From contig JBDRLQ010000016.1 of the NCBI GenBank assembly GCA_043812915.1, positions 36,318-100,317 on the forward strand: DNA of 64,000 nucleotides, given 5' to 3'. Positions 17,230 to 27,618 of this stretch are shown piece by piece. Origin of the DNA: Candidatus Micrarchaeota archaeon. Lineage in GTDB: Archaea; Micrarchaeota; Micrarchaeia; Anstonellales; Bilamarchaeaceae. The position numbers and the translations under genes are program-made. Within the stretch, counting starts at the first letter, position 1, and each line of letters opens with the position of its first letter. The notes beneath the pieces are model-generated. The model was given only the letters and a program-made list of their open reading frames with translations, was not told where the DNA came from and ran no database searches.

Positions 17230-17867
17230 CTGAATCCGCACTCCCCTCTCAACGGGACGAATATCACAGGCAACACATTATCCCAAGTCCCGCTCTTCTT
17301 GTCATAGACAACCAGCTCCTGCCTGAACTCGTCCCCGACTGGGGCTACAATCCTGCCATCAGGCTTGAGCTGCCCAACCATAGGGTGCCTCCTATCGAGT
17401 TTGGGCATTGCAGCCGTCACGATTATCCGGTCATATGGGGCCTGAGCCGCATATCCACAGCTCGCGTCTCCTGCATGCAGTTCAATGTTATCAAGCGCTT
17501 TGCAGCGCTCCAGGTTCTTTCTGGCAAGCTCCACAAGCTCAGGAATCAAATCAAAGCCGATTACCCTGCCCTTCCCCCCGACCATGCGCGAGAGCAGTGC
17601 GGTGTTGTATCCAGTCCCGGAGCCAACTTCCAGGACTTTCATCCCTGGCGCCAAAAGCAGCTTCTCAAGCATGAAAGACACCACGGTTGGAGCGGAAATA
17701 GTCTGTCCAAAGCCAACAGGGTAAGCGATGTCCTCGTATGCATGCATTGCCGCAGAGGGTGGAAAGAACATCGCACGGTCAACAGAGAGCATCGCATCCT
17801 TCACATCCGCGCTTTTGAGGAAGCCACTTGCAATAAGCCGCTCAACCATCCCCCCAAGCCCTGACAT
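17226..17867 (-). CDS. pcm: protein-L-isoaspartate O-methyltransferase
   Basis: VDRAMF, GFGQTISAP, VLEVGSGTGY, APYDRIIVTAA, FVPL. Confidence 0.93.
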   Translation of the reverse strand: MSGLGGMVERLIASGFLKSADVKDAMLSVDRAMFFPPSAAMHAYEDIAYPVGFGQTISAPTVVSFMLEKLLLAPGMKVLEVGSGTGYNTALLSRMVGGKGRVIGFDLIPELVELARKNLERCKALDNIELHAGDASCGYAAQAPYDRIIVTAAMPKLDRRHPMVGQLKPDGRIVAPVGDEFRQELVVYDKKSGTWDNVLPVIFVPLRGECGFR

Positions 17868-17902
17868 AAACCTTAATAAAACAAAGATAGAGATAAATCA
17901 TT

Positions 17903-18703
17903 ATGCCTGAGCAGACTTTCGGGGGCGACGATGATGATGGCGGCTCTTATGGAGAGCAGAAGCCCCGGAAACCTAAGGAGCTGGACAAGTTCGGCCTGAT
18001 GCCGGATGCCAACATCCGCGATGTTTTCTGGGAGATGATGGGCTCATACGCCGCAACCAAGAAGCCAAGCCGGAACCTTTCCGAACTTGACAATGACAGG
18101 TTCGCCATGATACGAGTAGCAGTTACGGTGCTTGACAATCCCCAGAGCCACCACTATGGGCTCTCACCAGGTTTCGTTGCAAGGTATACCGCGATGATGC
18201 TGCTGGATGGCAAATGGTCAGATGCTTTCGCCGAATTCCTCAAGGACTGCAAGGAGAGCCGCGGGAAGGCCGATTCATACCTGATATCATCCTTCAAGTA
18301 TGTCTGGAGGGAGCCGGAATACCAGCCGCTTGTTGTGGAAAGCTTCCGGAACATGCTCCGCTCAAGGAACGGAGCCCCAATCGGGCTGTATTTTGTGGCC
18401 CAGATGAAGAACCGGGAGCTTATTTCCGCGCTCAAGCGCGAGCTCGTGATTCTGGCGAGGGGCGATGTTGGGGAGAATCAGCTCAATGCGATAGCCGCGC
18501 TTGCTCTCCTATCCAACGACCCTGATGTCATCAAGACCCTTCAGGTGCTCCTTGCGCACTGGGATGCGGAAATACGGAAGCTCGCGGCCACCTGCCTGCT
18601 CGCATATAAAAGCGATGGGTCGGTCAAGAGCTCCGCAAATAAAAGGCTGCAGACAGAGCAGAATGATGAAGTGAAGAAGATACTGGCAAAGATTTCAAAG
18701 TGA
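17903..18703 (+). CDS. HEAT-repeat-like hypothetical protein
   Basis: Helical C-terminus with NAIAALALL...WDAEIRKLAATCL. Confidence 0.7.
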   Translation: MPEQTFGGDDDDGGSYGEQKPRKPKELDKFGLMPDANIRDVFWEMMGSYAATKKPSRNLSELDNDRFAMIRVAVTVLDNPQSHHYGLSPGFVARYTAMMLLDGKWSDAFAEFLKDCKESRGKADSYLISSFKYVWREPEYQPLVVESFRNMLRSRNGAPIGLYFVAQMKNRELISALKRELVILARGDVGENQLNAIAALALLSNDPDVIKTLQVLLAHWDAEIRKLAATCLLAYKSDGSVKSSANKRLQTEQNDEVKKILAKISK

Positions 18704-19230
18704 TACTAATGGAAATTCTAAGAATACCCGCAGAGAGAGTGAGCATCCTTCTCGGAAAATACGGAGAGACCCGGAAGAAGATAGAGGAAAAGTGCAACAT
18801 CCGGCTGCAGGTGGATCCTGATGGGGAAGTGCAGATGGAAGGGGACCCGGCGGACATTTTCCTTTCCAAGGACGTAATCCAGGCAATCGGCAGGGGCTTC
18901 CCGCCCAGAATCGCCCTGAAGCTGGCAAAAGATGATTTCAACCTAATCATTTTCCCGTTGAGGGAGATGCTCTCCACAGAGAAGACCATAACGCGCATGA
19001 AAGGCAGGGTAATAGGGGAAGACGGCAAGATGAAGACCGAAATCGAGAGCGCGACCGAATCCTATATCTCGGTCTATGGCCATACGATAGGGCTGATTTC
19101 CAGGATCGATACAATAAAGTATGCCAAAGAGGCAATCGAGATGCTCCTTAGCGGCGCGCCACACTCAATCGTATATGGTTACCTTAGAAAGGCAAAACGG
19201 GGGATAATCGAAGAGCGGCTGAGGTCCTGA
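18700..19230 (+). CDS. KH-domain pre-rRNA processing protein (Dim2/Pno1/Krr1)
   Basis: RIPAERVSILLGKYG, AIGRGF, KGRVIGEDGK, GAPHSIVY; upstream of top6B as in many archaea. Confidence 0.92.
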   Translation: MILMEILRIPAERVSILLGKYGETRKKIEEKCNIRLQVDPDGEVQMEGDPADIFLSKDVIQAIGRGFPPRIALKLAKDDFNLIIFPLREMLSTEKTITRMKGRVIGEDGKMKTEIESATESYISVYGHTIGLISRIDTIKYAKEAIEMLLSGAPHSIVYGYLRKAKRGIIEERLRS

Positions 19231-19288
19231 TTATGTTGTAAAAACCCTAAAAAAAGTTTTATAAATTTCCCTTAACATTATATTTTCT

Positions 19289-20584
19289 ATGACAAATGCT
19301 TCTGTTGTTCAGAATGGCCAGGTTAACTCCAAGAGGCCTTTTGTTGAGATGGCATTTCCCAAGCCCGTCAGGAAAGCCTTCAGGTGGATGAATTATAGAT
19401 TCAATGAGCATGGCAGTGTTATCCATACGCTTGCAAAAAGCCTGCCCGAAGAGCAGAAAGCGCAAGTGGATGAGCATGGCAAGAGATTCTGTGCCGCGCG
19501 CTTGAAGAAGAATGTGCCAATGGGCTTCAGGACTGTCCTAACCTCACTCGTTATAGGTCAGGGTATGTGGTATCTCGTCTGCCCGTGGCTCTCGCACCAG
19601 CCCGGAATAGAGAATATGGCAACTCTTCCAAGGTGGCTTCTAACAGGTGGGCTCGACAAGCTTTTCCTGACTCATGAAGGCCTGCTTTACCATACGGATG
19701 GCTACAGCCGCGATTTCGCGCTTGGGCTTGCCAGCAGGGTTCCACAGACAGTTGGTGTCGGGCTCGCGCTTTTCGCTGCCGAAATTGCAACTGATTTCTC
19801 AAGGTGCTGGATAGAGAGGTGGCAGCAGAAGACATGGGGAATCCTCCCGGATGGGGCTGCCAGGCTATATGGCCAGGCAAGGCCCTTCCCGGTAAGGTAT
19901 TCCAGCCTTGAGGCTTACCAGAAAATAATCAGCGTTGCGCTCCGCCCCTGGGCTCTTGGAACTCCGGCGCAGATATTCAGCAGCATCACGGGCATCTTCG
20001 GCTCAATATGGCGGACCGGCCCGCAGGTGCTCTTGGTTGCGACCCTCGGCCGCGGCCTCGATAAGTTCTTCAAGAAGGCCGCCGGGTGGACGAGGCTATC
20101 GAAAATCGCCAATAAAATCTTCGAAGCCGGAAAGAAGGAGGAAGAGAAAGCGCTTGAGGATATCCGGAAAGCTGTTGGCAACAAGAAGTCGGTTGCCCTC
20201 GATTTCATGCTCGCGGCCGATTCAAAGCTCCTCTTCAAATTAAACCCGTTCAGGCAGGGCATTACCCTTGAGAACGCGGAGAAGGCAGCTGAAATCACAC
20301 TAAGGGGGACTGAGCTGGAAGAATACCTTCTGACGACTGCCTGCGGCGATAGGCATCTTATTGATGTCCAGCTGGAATTCAGGAAAACGCTTGCAGAGTG
20401 CCTTGTGGGTGTCGATGATATATTCGGGAAGAAGGCACTTGCCAAGGTCCCTGACTATCAGGAATTGATGGAACTGATGGACCGCCCTGAGTGGGACAAC
20501 TCCTCCATCGGGGATATGCATGAGGCTGCAGAGCTCCTGGGCGCGACATTGGAGAACCTGCGCACAGAGCGCGTCATCCGCTGA
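19289..20584 (+). CDS. hypothetical protein with hydrophobic segments
   Basis: 431-aa ORF with TTTTATAAA 24 nt upstream; no recognised family. Confidence 0.75.
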   Translation: MTNASVVQNGQVNSKRPFVEMAFPKPVRKAFRWMNYRFNEHGSVIHTLAKSLPEEQKAQVDEHGKRFCAARLKKNVPMGFRTVLTSLVIGQGMWYLVCPWLSHQPGIENMATLPRWLLTGGLDKLFLTHEGLLYHTDGYSRDFALGLASRVPQTVGVGLALFAAEIATDFSRCWIERWQQKTWGILPDGAARLYGQARPFPVRYSSLEAYQKIISVALRPWALGTPAQIFSSITGIFGSIWRTGPQVLLVATLGRGLDKFFKKAAGWTRLSKIANKIFEAGKKEEEKALEDIRKAVGNKKSVALDFMLAADSKLLFKLNPFRQGITLENAEKAAEITLRGTELEEYLLTTACGDRHLIDVQLEFRKTLAECLVGVDDIFGKKALAKVPDYQELMELMDRPEWDNSSIGDMHEAAELLGATLENLRTERVIR

Positions 20585-20654
20585 AAAAACGGCTAAACGG
20601 TTTTAAACGTTCCTTGATATTTCTCCTTTTGTTCTTTAATTTCGGTGACCAGTC

Positions 20655-22271
20655 ATGACAGATGGAGAGAAGATTTTCAAACAGTTCAGAGAGCACTCTG
20701 TCGCAGAGTTCTTCAAGAAGAACCGGCAGATGCTCGGTTTCACAGGCAAGGTCCGCTCGCTCACGATGATTGTGCACGAGTTCGTGACCAACGGGCTTGA
20801 TGCGGCCGAGGAGGCGGGCATCCTTCCGGATATTTTCGTGAAAGTTGAGGAACTGGGAGATGAGCATTACAGGCTGACAATCAGGGACAACGGGCCAGGA
20901 ATCCCCAAGAAGCACCTTGGGAAGGCGCTTGGCCAAATGCTTGCCGGGACTAAGTTCCACCGCTTCATCCAGCAGAGGGGCCAGCAGGGCATCGGCGCCT
21001 CGGCATGTGTTATGTTCTCGTATATCACAACTGGAACCTCCGCGCAGGTCGTCTCCTGCTCTGGCAATATGAGATACAGCTGCTCAATAGGAATAGATTT
21101 CAAGACCAACAGCCCTGTAATCAAGGACCTTGTGGAAGAGGAGACTGAGGATCATGGCCTCACGGTAGTTTCTGAATACAAGGAAGTGAAATACGAAAGA
21201 AGCAACAAGGGGGTCTTCGAATACCTGAGAAGGACCGCGCTTGCAAATCCCCATTGTTCAATCACTTTGGAGGAGCCGAGCGGGGAGAACACGGTATTCC
21301 CCCGCTCCGTAGAGAAGAATCCCGCAAAGCCGTATGAAATCAAGCCGCACCCTATGGGGGTTGGTCCGCACGACTTATTGGAGCTGTGCAGGCAGCCGGG
21401 GGAGAACAGGAAGCTCTCGGCATTCCTGCAGAACACCTTCTCCAGGATGAGTGCCAACAAGGTCTCTGAACTTAGGGAACTGGCGCCCGGAGTCGATTTC
21501 GACAAGAGGCCTGAGAAGCTTGAATGGAGCGAGGCGGAAGCGGTCGTGAAGGCGTTCCAGCAGGTCAAATGGATTGCCCCACCGACGGACTCTCTTGTCC
21601 CTATAGGGAAGGAGCAGATAGAAATCTCATTCCAGAATATTTTCAATCCTGAAATCATGATGGTGACTGGAAGGAGCCCGAAAATCTACAGGGGCGGAAT
21701 CCCGTTCTCCGTGGAAGTCGGAATCGCCTATGGGGGCGGAGTGCGGGACGCTGGAAAGCGCGGGGAAGTGATGCGCTTTGCGAACAAGGTGCCGCTCCTC
21801 TTCGACACCGGGGGCTGCGCGATTACAGAGACCGTCAAGGGGATGGACTGGAAGCGCTACAACCTCAAGAACTTCGAAGAGGAGCCCGTTGCCGTCCTGG
21901 TCAATCTTGTCAGCGTACATGTACCGTTCACTAGCGCGGGCAAGCAGGCAATCTCCCATGAGGAGGATGTGATGGATGAAATCAAGTTCGCGCTCATGGA
22001 GGCCTCAAGGGGGATACAGAGGTATCTCTCCGGAAAGAGGAAGGCCAACGAGATCGCCTCAAAGAAGAAGGTCGTCAGCAGGTATGTCAAGCAGATATCA
22101 TCAGACCTGGCGATCCTAACGGGCGGGAAGAAGTCAGAGATAGAGAAGAAGCTCACGGAAATAATCAACGAGAAATACGTTAAGGCTAAGCCTTCCAAGG
22201 AGGAGGATGAGCTTCCGACAAGGGGGGAAGCAGAGCCGGAAGAGGATGCCAGGGAGGGTGATGAGGAATGA
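20655..22271 (+). CDS. top6B: DNA topoisomerase VI subunit B
   Basis: SVAEFFKKN, HEFVTNGLDA, DNGPGI, QRGQQGIGAS (GHKL), RFANKVPLL, VPFTSAGKQ. Confidence 0.97.
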   Translation: MTDGEKIFKQFREHSVAEFFKKNRQMLGFTGKVRSLTMIVHEFVTNGLDAAEEAGILPDIFVKVEELGDEHYRLTIRDNGPGIPKKHLGKALGQMLAGTKFHRFIQQRGQQGIGASACVMFSYITTGTSAQVVSCSGNMRYSCSIGIDFKTNSPVIKDLVEEETEDHGLTVVSEYKEVKYERSNKGVFEYLRRTALANPHCSITLEEPSGENTVFPRSVEKNPAKPYEIKPHPMGVGPHDLLELCRQPGENRKLSAFLQNTFSRMSANKVSELRELAPGVDFDKRPEKLEWSEAEAVVKAFQQVKWIAPPTDSLVPIGKEQIEISFQNIFNPEIMMVTGRSPKIYRGGIPFSVEVGIAYGGGVRDAGKRGEVMRFANKVPLLFDTGGCAITETVKGMDWKRYNLKNFEEEPVAVLVNLVSVHVPFTSAGKQAISHEEDVMDEIKFALMEASRGIQRYLSGKRKANEIASKKKVVSRYVKQISSDLAILTGGKKSEIEKKLTEIINEKYVKAKPSKEEDELPTRGEAEPEEDAREGDEE

Positions 22272-23365
22272 ACGACGATCGGGCGATGAAGAAGCTGGAA
22301 GGCCTTGGCGTGAATATGGTCAAGGAGATCGACAATGGGGATGGCCCCAGTTTCGAGACTGTGCTAAGGACCAGGAGCAACACTTTCTATGACGAGAGTG
22401 TCGGCTGCCTCAGGACCGGCGACAAGAAGGAGACAAGGAAATTCCTGAGCGTTGCCCAAGCAAGGACCTTCATGCAGACAGTCGCTGTCGCGGCAAAGAC
22501 CCGCCAGTTCCTGAAGGAGAAGCTCCACACATCAATCAGGGGCCTTTTCTACCAGCTCAAGTTCTCCTTGGGCGAGAATCTTGATGAGGAGCTTTTCTCA
22601 GAGCAGTCTGAATCGAACGCGCTGCTTGAGGACCTGGAAGTAGCCCTCAGGCTCAAAAGGGAAGACCTGCACCTTACAACAGACAGGAAAGGCTTCGTTG
22701 CCGGCCCGATGAAAATCCGGGACAAGTTCGGCGGGGACGAGACCGTAATCGACGCTACCAAGCTCGGCAGGTCCGGCTGGTCAATCCCGAGCGATGTTGA
22801 CAATGACATGGAAATCGAGGAGGTGAAAGCCGACTATGTCCTTGTCTGCGAGAAAGATGCGCTATGGCAGCGCCTCAATGAGGACAAGTTCTGGAAGAAG
22901 GAGAACTGCATACTTATTACCCCAAAAGGCCAGTCCTCCAGGGGATGCAGGCGCATTATCCGCAAGTTGGCGGATGAGAAGCTTCCGGTATACGTATTCA
23001 CTGACTGCGATGCCTGGGGGTGGTACATCTACTGGGCGATAAAGACAGGTTCCATGAACCTTGCGTACCTCGGGCAGGACTTCTCAGTGCCTGAAGCCAA
23101 GTTCCTGGGGGTGACAATGCAGGACATCCGCGACTATGAGTTCCTGGATAAGCTCACGATAAAGGCCAAGGAAGTGGACATCAAGCGCGCAGCTGAGATG
23201 CTGGAATATCCATGGATAAACCGGCACAAGGAGTGGGTGAAAGAACTCAAAGAGGTCCTGAAGACGAAGAAGAAGATTGAGCAGGACGCCCTGCAGGGGC
23301 AGAAGCTCACTTTCGTCGGGGAATATGTCAAGAGCAAGATTGAGGATGAGGCCTGGCTCCCGTAG
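22268..23365 (+). CDS. top6A: DNA topoisomerase VI subunit A
   Basis: SIRGLFY catalytic Tyr region, CEKDA, KGQ, TDCDAWG TOPRIM, KIEQDAL. Confidence 0.96.
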   Translation: MNDDRAMKKLEGLGVNMVKEIDNGDGPSFETVLRTRSNTFYDESVGCLRTGDKKETRKFLSVAQARTFMQTVAVAAKTRQFLKEKLHTSIRGLFYQLKFSLGENLDEELFSEQSESNALLEDLEVALRLKREDLHLTTDRKGFVAGPMKIRDKFGGDETVIDATKLGRSGWSIPSDVDNDMEIEEVKADYVLVCEKDALWQRLNEDKFWKKENCILITPKGQSSRGCRRIIRKLADEKLPVYVFTDCDAWGWYIYWAIKTGSMNLAYLGQDFSVPEAKFLGVTMQDIRDYEFLDKLTIKAKEVDIKRAAEMLEYPWINRHKEWVKELKEVLKTKKKIEQDALQGQKLTFVGEYVKSKIEDEAWLP

Positions 23366-23492
23366 CATGGGCTCTCCTCAAGGGAGGCAAGAAAAAATAG
23401 ATTTTTTTACTTTCCTTTTTTTCAATTTAGCGTCGAATTTTGCATACATCTTGCCAAAACATTTATAAATCTTGCCACAGATTCCTCCCCCT

Positions 23493-26400
23493 ATGCGAGC
23501 CAACGTTGTAATGATTCTGACCATGGTTTTAGTGTTTTCCTCCCTGGGATTCGCCCAGTTCACATTCGGCCCGGGAGACCCGGCAAACGATTGCAGCAAC
23601 CCTGCATTCGGGACTATGACCTTTGCTGCCTCAGGCACATATACCTGGGTGGGCGGCCCTAGTATGTTATATGACAACACTACAGGCTCTGGCCCTAACG
23701 GGTTCAATTGCATAGATGTGGTGGCTTCCGATGTGGTCATAGACTGCATGAACAATGTTATTGATGGCAGCGCAGGTAATGGTGACATCGGCATATATAT
23801 CGCATTGGGAGTTGACAACGTCACAATCAGGAACTGTGTCATACAGGAATTCGGATGGGGGTCCGCTGGCGGGGCAGGGCACAGGCTAGCTGTCGGCAAC
23901 ATATTCGTTGATGGTGCGACAGATGTCGTGCTGGACAGTTCAAACCTCACATTCATCTTCTCTTCGCCCGGCTTGGGGGACCATATCGCCTACAATGCCC
24001 TAATATCTACGTCAGGGCTCACGCTGAACAATTCGCATCTTCTGACGTTCATGCCCCCTGTCCCTGGATCCAATGCGGCAGGCATAGCAGGCAGGCTTGC
24101 CGATGGCTCGCAAATATCGGCGCCTGTTGATGATGTCACAATTGAGGCCTCAAGCATCGAGCAACAGCCGACACACGGCGCTTGGATAGATGGCGACAAC
24201 GTGCAGGTTTATGGCGGGAGCATATTCGAATGGAATACTCTTAATGGCCTTTACATTAACGGTGCGAATGATTACATCGAGGGCAACACTTTTAATAACA
24301 ATATGGGGACCGGGCTTGTGATGTCCAATGCTTATAATTCGCAGGTTCTCTCCAATGACATGATTGGGAACGGCAATTACGGTGCTGCCTTCGTCCTTGC
24401 GGAGGATGTTTATTTCTTTGACAACAACGCCTCGAACAATGGGGGCGGAGGCCTTATCATCGAGGAATCGGAAAATATCACCGCAGAGGAAAATGAGATG
24501 AGCGGAAACACGGATGAAGGAATCTGGGTGGAATCCTCCGGAGTTGCGAATACGGACATCCATATCCTCTCCAATATTATATACGATAATGACTATGGAA
24601 TTGTGATGGAGAATTCCGTTGATTCTGAAATCGACGGAAATGAAATCTGGGACATCAACAATGCGGGAATCCACCTTGAGGGCGTCGACCCGACAACCGT
24701 AAGCGACAATGACGTGGCATTGTGCGACCAGGGCATCTACGCATGCGACGTGCAGTACGTCACTTTCGAATGGAATGAGATTCATGACAACTCAAATGAG
24801 GGTTTCTATCTTGAAGTTGGATGCGACCCGGGAGCGGTGAATGAGTACATCACCTTCGACAACAACGAAATATACAGCAACGGTGATGACGGAATCTACG
24901 CGGCATACACAGACTACATAACGATGACTGACAACCAGGTATATGGCCACGGCTCAAGCGATGGTGCGGAGCTTTACTGGTGCTATGCGCCCGAGATATA
25001 TAGTGACAATAACTTCTCGCTGAACAGCGACAACGGCCTTTACCTCAACACATGGTGCGATGATGCGGTCGTCTACGACAACACGTTCTCAGACAATGAT
25101 TTCGGCTTCAGGATGTACGACGGGTTCAACCTGTATCTCTATGACAACCGGTTCTGGGACAATGACGGCTCAGCAGGTGCATACATAGTCGATTCCGACA
25201 CCATCAATATTTACGACAACGAATTCCTTGGGAACAGTTATGGTGTCTATGCGGACCCGACCACCAGCATAAACATCACAGGAAATACGATAAACGACAG
25301 CACGAATTCAGGAATATACTACGACACCATTATGACGAGCTATATCTACAACAACTATGTAGGGTACAGTGGGGATGATGGAATTGAAATAACAGCTTCC
25401 GACTCTGTAGACATTATAGACAATGTTGTGGAGGAAACCAGCTCTGGGGACTGTGTTTACATAGTTAATAGCCCCCTTTCCAATATCAATGGCAACACGC
25501 TCAGGTACTGCGACAGCGACGGAATCGAGCTTGATAATGCGGAGTTTACGACCATCGACCCCAATTATATACATGACTGCGGGGATAATGGTATCTACGT
25601 GGCGGGCGGTTCTGATTCTGTGACGATAGACGGCAACTTCATATATGACAACCAGATTGGTCTCTACATGGAGGACGGCCTTGCAACCGTCACCAACAAT
25701 GAGGTATATGACAATGACGAGCAGGGCATATACCTGGATGGAGCATACGATGGCGTCTTTGAGGACAACATTGTCTACGACAACGGCTATTCTGGCTATT
25801 ACTTGGACATCAACGCTAACGGTAACACGTTCACCGATGATGTCCTTTATGGAAACGGCTATGACTGTGTTTTTGACTGGGATCCAGAATGCTATGGATT
25901 CTATATAGCCAACAGCGATGATCCTGAGCTGATTAATGTTGTTTCGCGCGACTCCTGGGCAGGGGTGTGGTTCTCGACAGTGAACAGCCCAATTCTGACT
26001 GATGTACGGGTTTACGGGAACACTGAGGATTCTCTGTATATGGAAGGGGCCACAAATATAGATTTCACTAGGGTCGAGCTCTACAACAACGGCGGATACG
26101 GTTTCTACTTCGATTCTGCCAGCACTGGAACAATGACTGACTGTACAGTCCACGACAACGGGCCAGCAGTGTATGGTATTGAGCTGTATGGCGCCAGTGA
26201 CATCACTGCGGACAACCTGCAGATATACAACCATGTGGATGCATGGCTGTATGTCGAGTCCGGTTCCACGCTTGACACAACTGACCTGACAATCGGCTAC
26301 AATACTTTATATGGCGCCGACTGGCCCCCAACCACAATCTTTGACGGGGCTCAGAACACTGACATCTATGACACCAACTTCCTTATCGGGCCTGACTTCG

Positions 26401-27602
26401 TCTCAATGGACAGCACCGACCCGGATACGGATGAGATGAATGTCGCAGGTGTCACTTTGAGGACCCAGGTCGGAGGATGCACTGGCATCACTTATTATCA
26501 TGCGGCAGGTTTCCCTGCAGATGCGGATGAGGTGATTGCAACCGGGGCGCCATTCACTCCAGGCACCAAAGGGTGCGTCGGTTCTGTTGCGACCTATGAG
26601 GCTTCACTGAACTTCTCAGGATACACCGCAGGGGGGACTCTCTCATCCAGCGGTGGAAGCTCTGCAGAGACCAAGAGAATGACGGTCGAGTCAGAGATTC
26701 TCTGCCCGGGCGATGAGGTGGAACTCACAGTCACACACAGCGGTTCGCCAGTTGTTGGAGTGAATGTTGAGCTCACCCAGTACAACCCGTATATGGGGGT
26801 TGTCGCAAGCGGCACCACCGACAGCAATGGGAAGGTGACCCTTGACCTGCCTGCTAGCGGTGTCTACAGGGCTCATCTGAGCAAATCAGGCTATACTTAC
26901 CTCAATCCGTATGTCTTTGAGCACTCCTTGTGCTCAGGGATGGCGCCTGGCGCCTGCAGGACGGATTCCGGATGCGCCCCTGCCGAAGCCTGCGTGGCTG
27001 GCAGCTGTGTCGCCCTTACAGGCGACTGCGGCTATGCCTCGGGGCATGTCTGGATTGACTATGGGTGCTGCTCCAATGCGGACTGCGCGGCCGGAACAAG
27101 CTGCGTGGGCCACGTTTGCATGAGTCCTGAGGAGGAAGTTCATGAAGGCGCTCCAGGGGAAGGCACAACGCCTCCGGGAGAGGTAATCGCGGAAGAGGAT
27201 GCAGATGCTGCTGCAGCGGCCCTGACAGCGCTTGATGAAGCCACCGGAGCAATCTGGGAGGCTGACCAGGCCGGGAAGGACACAACTGCCGCCAAAGCGA
27301 AGTTCATGGAGGCCCAGAATGCCTACAACTCAGGCGACTATGCCAAAGCCAAGGAACTTGCCGAGGAAGCCAAGAGATTAGCTAATGAAGCCGCGGCGCC
27401 TGCGGAGGGTGCAATTCCTGAAGCGGGCGTTGAAGGGCAGCCTACGGCTGGACAGCCGCCAGCAGCGTCTTCAGGCGGACCTGGCATGCTTCTCATAATA
27501 GTGGGCGTGGTAATCCTTATCGCTCTTGGGGCCGGTGCATACTGGCTCCTTGGCCAGGGCAAGCCAAAGGGCGGCTACAAGCCAAAAGGCGGCAGCCAGT
27601 AA
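23493..27602 (+). CDS. large cell-surface protein with a right-handed beta-helix (PbH1/NosD-like repeats), Ig-like, Cys-rich and helical domains, and a C-terminal TM anchor
   Basis: Signal peptide; many ~22-aa N-x-I-x-x-N-x-x-x-G-I-Y repeats; TTDSNGKVTL module; MLLIIVGVVILIALGAGAYWLL plus a basic tail; TTTATAAA about 25 nt upstream. Confidence 0.88.
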   Translation: MRANVVMILTMVLVFSSLGFAQFTFGPGDPANDCSNPAFGTMTFAASGTYTWVGGPSMLYDNTTGSGPNGFNCIDVVASDVVIDCMNNVIDGSAGNGDIGIYIALGVDNVTIRNCVIQEFGWGSAGGAGHRLAVGNIFVDGATDVVLDSSNLTFIFSSPGLGDHIAYNALISTSGLTLNNSHLLTFMPPVPGSNAAGIAGRLADGSQISAPVDDVTIEASSIEQQPTHGAWIDGDNVQVYGGSIFEWNTLNGLYINGANDYIEGNTFNNNMGTGLVMSNAYNSQVLSNDMIGNGNYGAAFVLAEDVYFFDNNASNNGGGGLIIEESENITAEENEMSGNTDEGIWVESSGVANTDIHILSNIIYDNDYGIVMENSVDSEIDGNEIWDINNAGIHLEGVDPTTVSDNDVALCDQGIYACDVQYVTFEWNEIHDNSNEGFYLEVGCDPGAVNEYITFDNNEIYSNGDDGIYAAYTDYITMTDNQVYGHGSSDGAELYWCYAPEIYSDNNFSLNSDNGLYLNTWCDDAVVYDNTFSDNDFGFRMYDGFNLYLYDNRFWDNDGSAGAYIVDSDTINIYDNEFLGNSYGVYADPTTSINITGNTINDSTNSGIYYDTIMTSYIYNNYVGYSGDDGIEITASDSVDIIDNVVEETSSGDCVYIVNSPLSNINGNTLRYCDSDGIELDNAEFTTIDPNYIHDCGDNGIYVAGGSDSVTIDGNFIYDNQIGLYMEDGLATVTNNEVYDNDEQGIYLDGAYDGVFEDNIVYDNGYSGYYLDINANGNTFTDDVLYGNGYDCVFDWDPECYGFYIANSDDPELINVVSRDSWAGVWFSTVNSPILTDVRVYGNTEDSLYMEGATNIDFTRVELYNNGGYGFYFDSASTGTMTDCTVHDNGPAVYGIELYGASDITADNLQIYNHVDAWLYVESGSTLDTTDLTIGYNTLYGADWPPTTIFDGAQNTDIYDTNFLIGPDFVSMDSTDPDTDEMNVAGVTLRTQVGGCTGITYYHAAGFPADADEVIATGAPFTPGTKGCVGSVATYEASLNFSGYTAGGTLSSSGGSSAETKRMTVESEILCPGDEVELTVTHSGSPVVGVNVELTQYNPYMGVVASGTTDSNGKVTLDLPASGVYRAHLSKSGYTYLNPYVFEHSLCSGMAPGACRTDSGCAPAEACVAGSCVALTGDCGYASGHVWIDYGCCSNADCAAGTSCVGHVCMSPEEEVHEGAPGEGTTPPGEVIAEEDADAAAAALTALDEATGAIWEADQAGKDTTAAKAKFMEAQNAYNSGDYAKAKELAEEAKRLANEAAAPAEGAIPEAGVEGQPTAGQPPAASSGGPGMLLIIVGVVILIALGAGAYWLLGQGKPKGGYKPKGGSQ

Positions 27603-27618
27603 GAAACAGGTGACTGAT

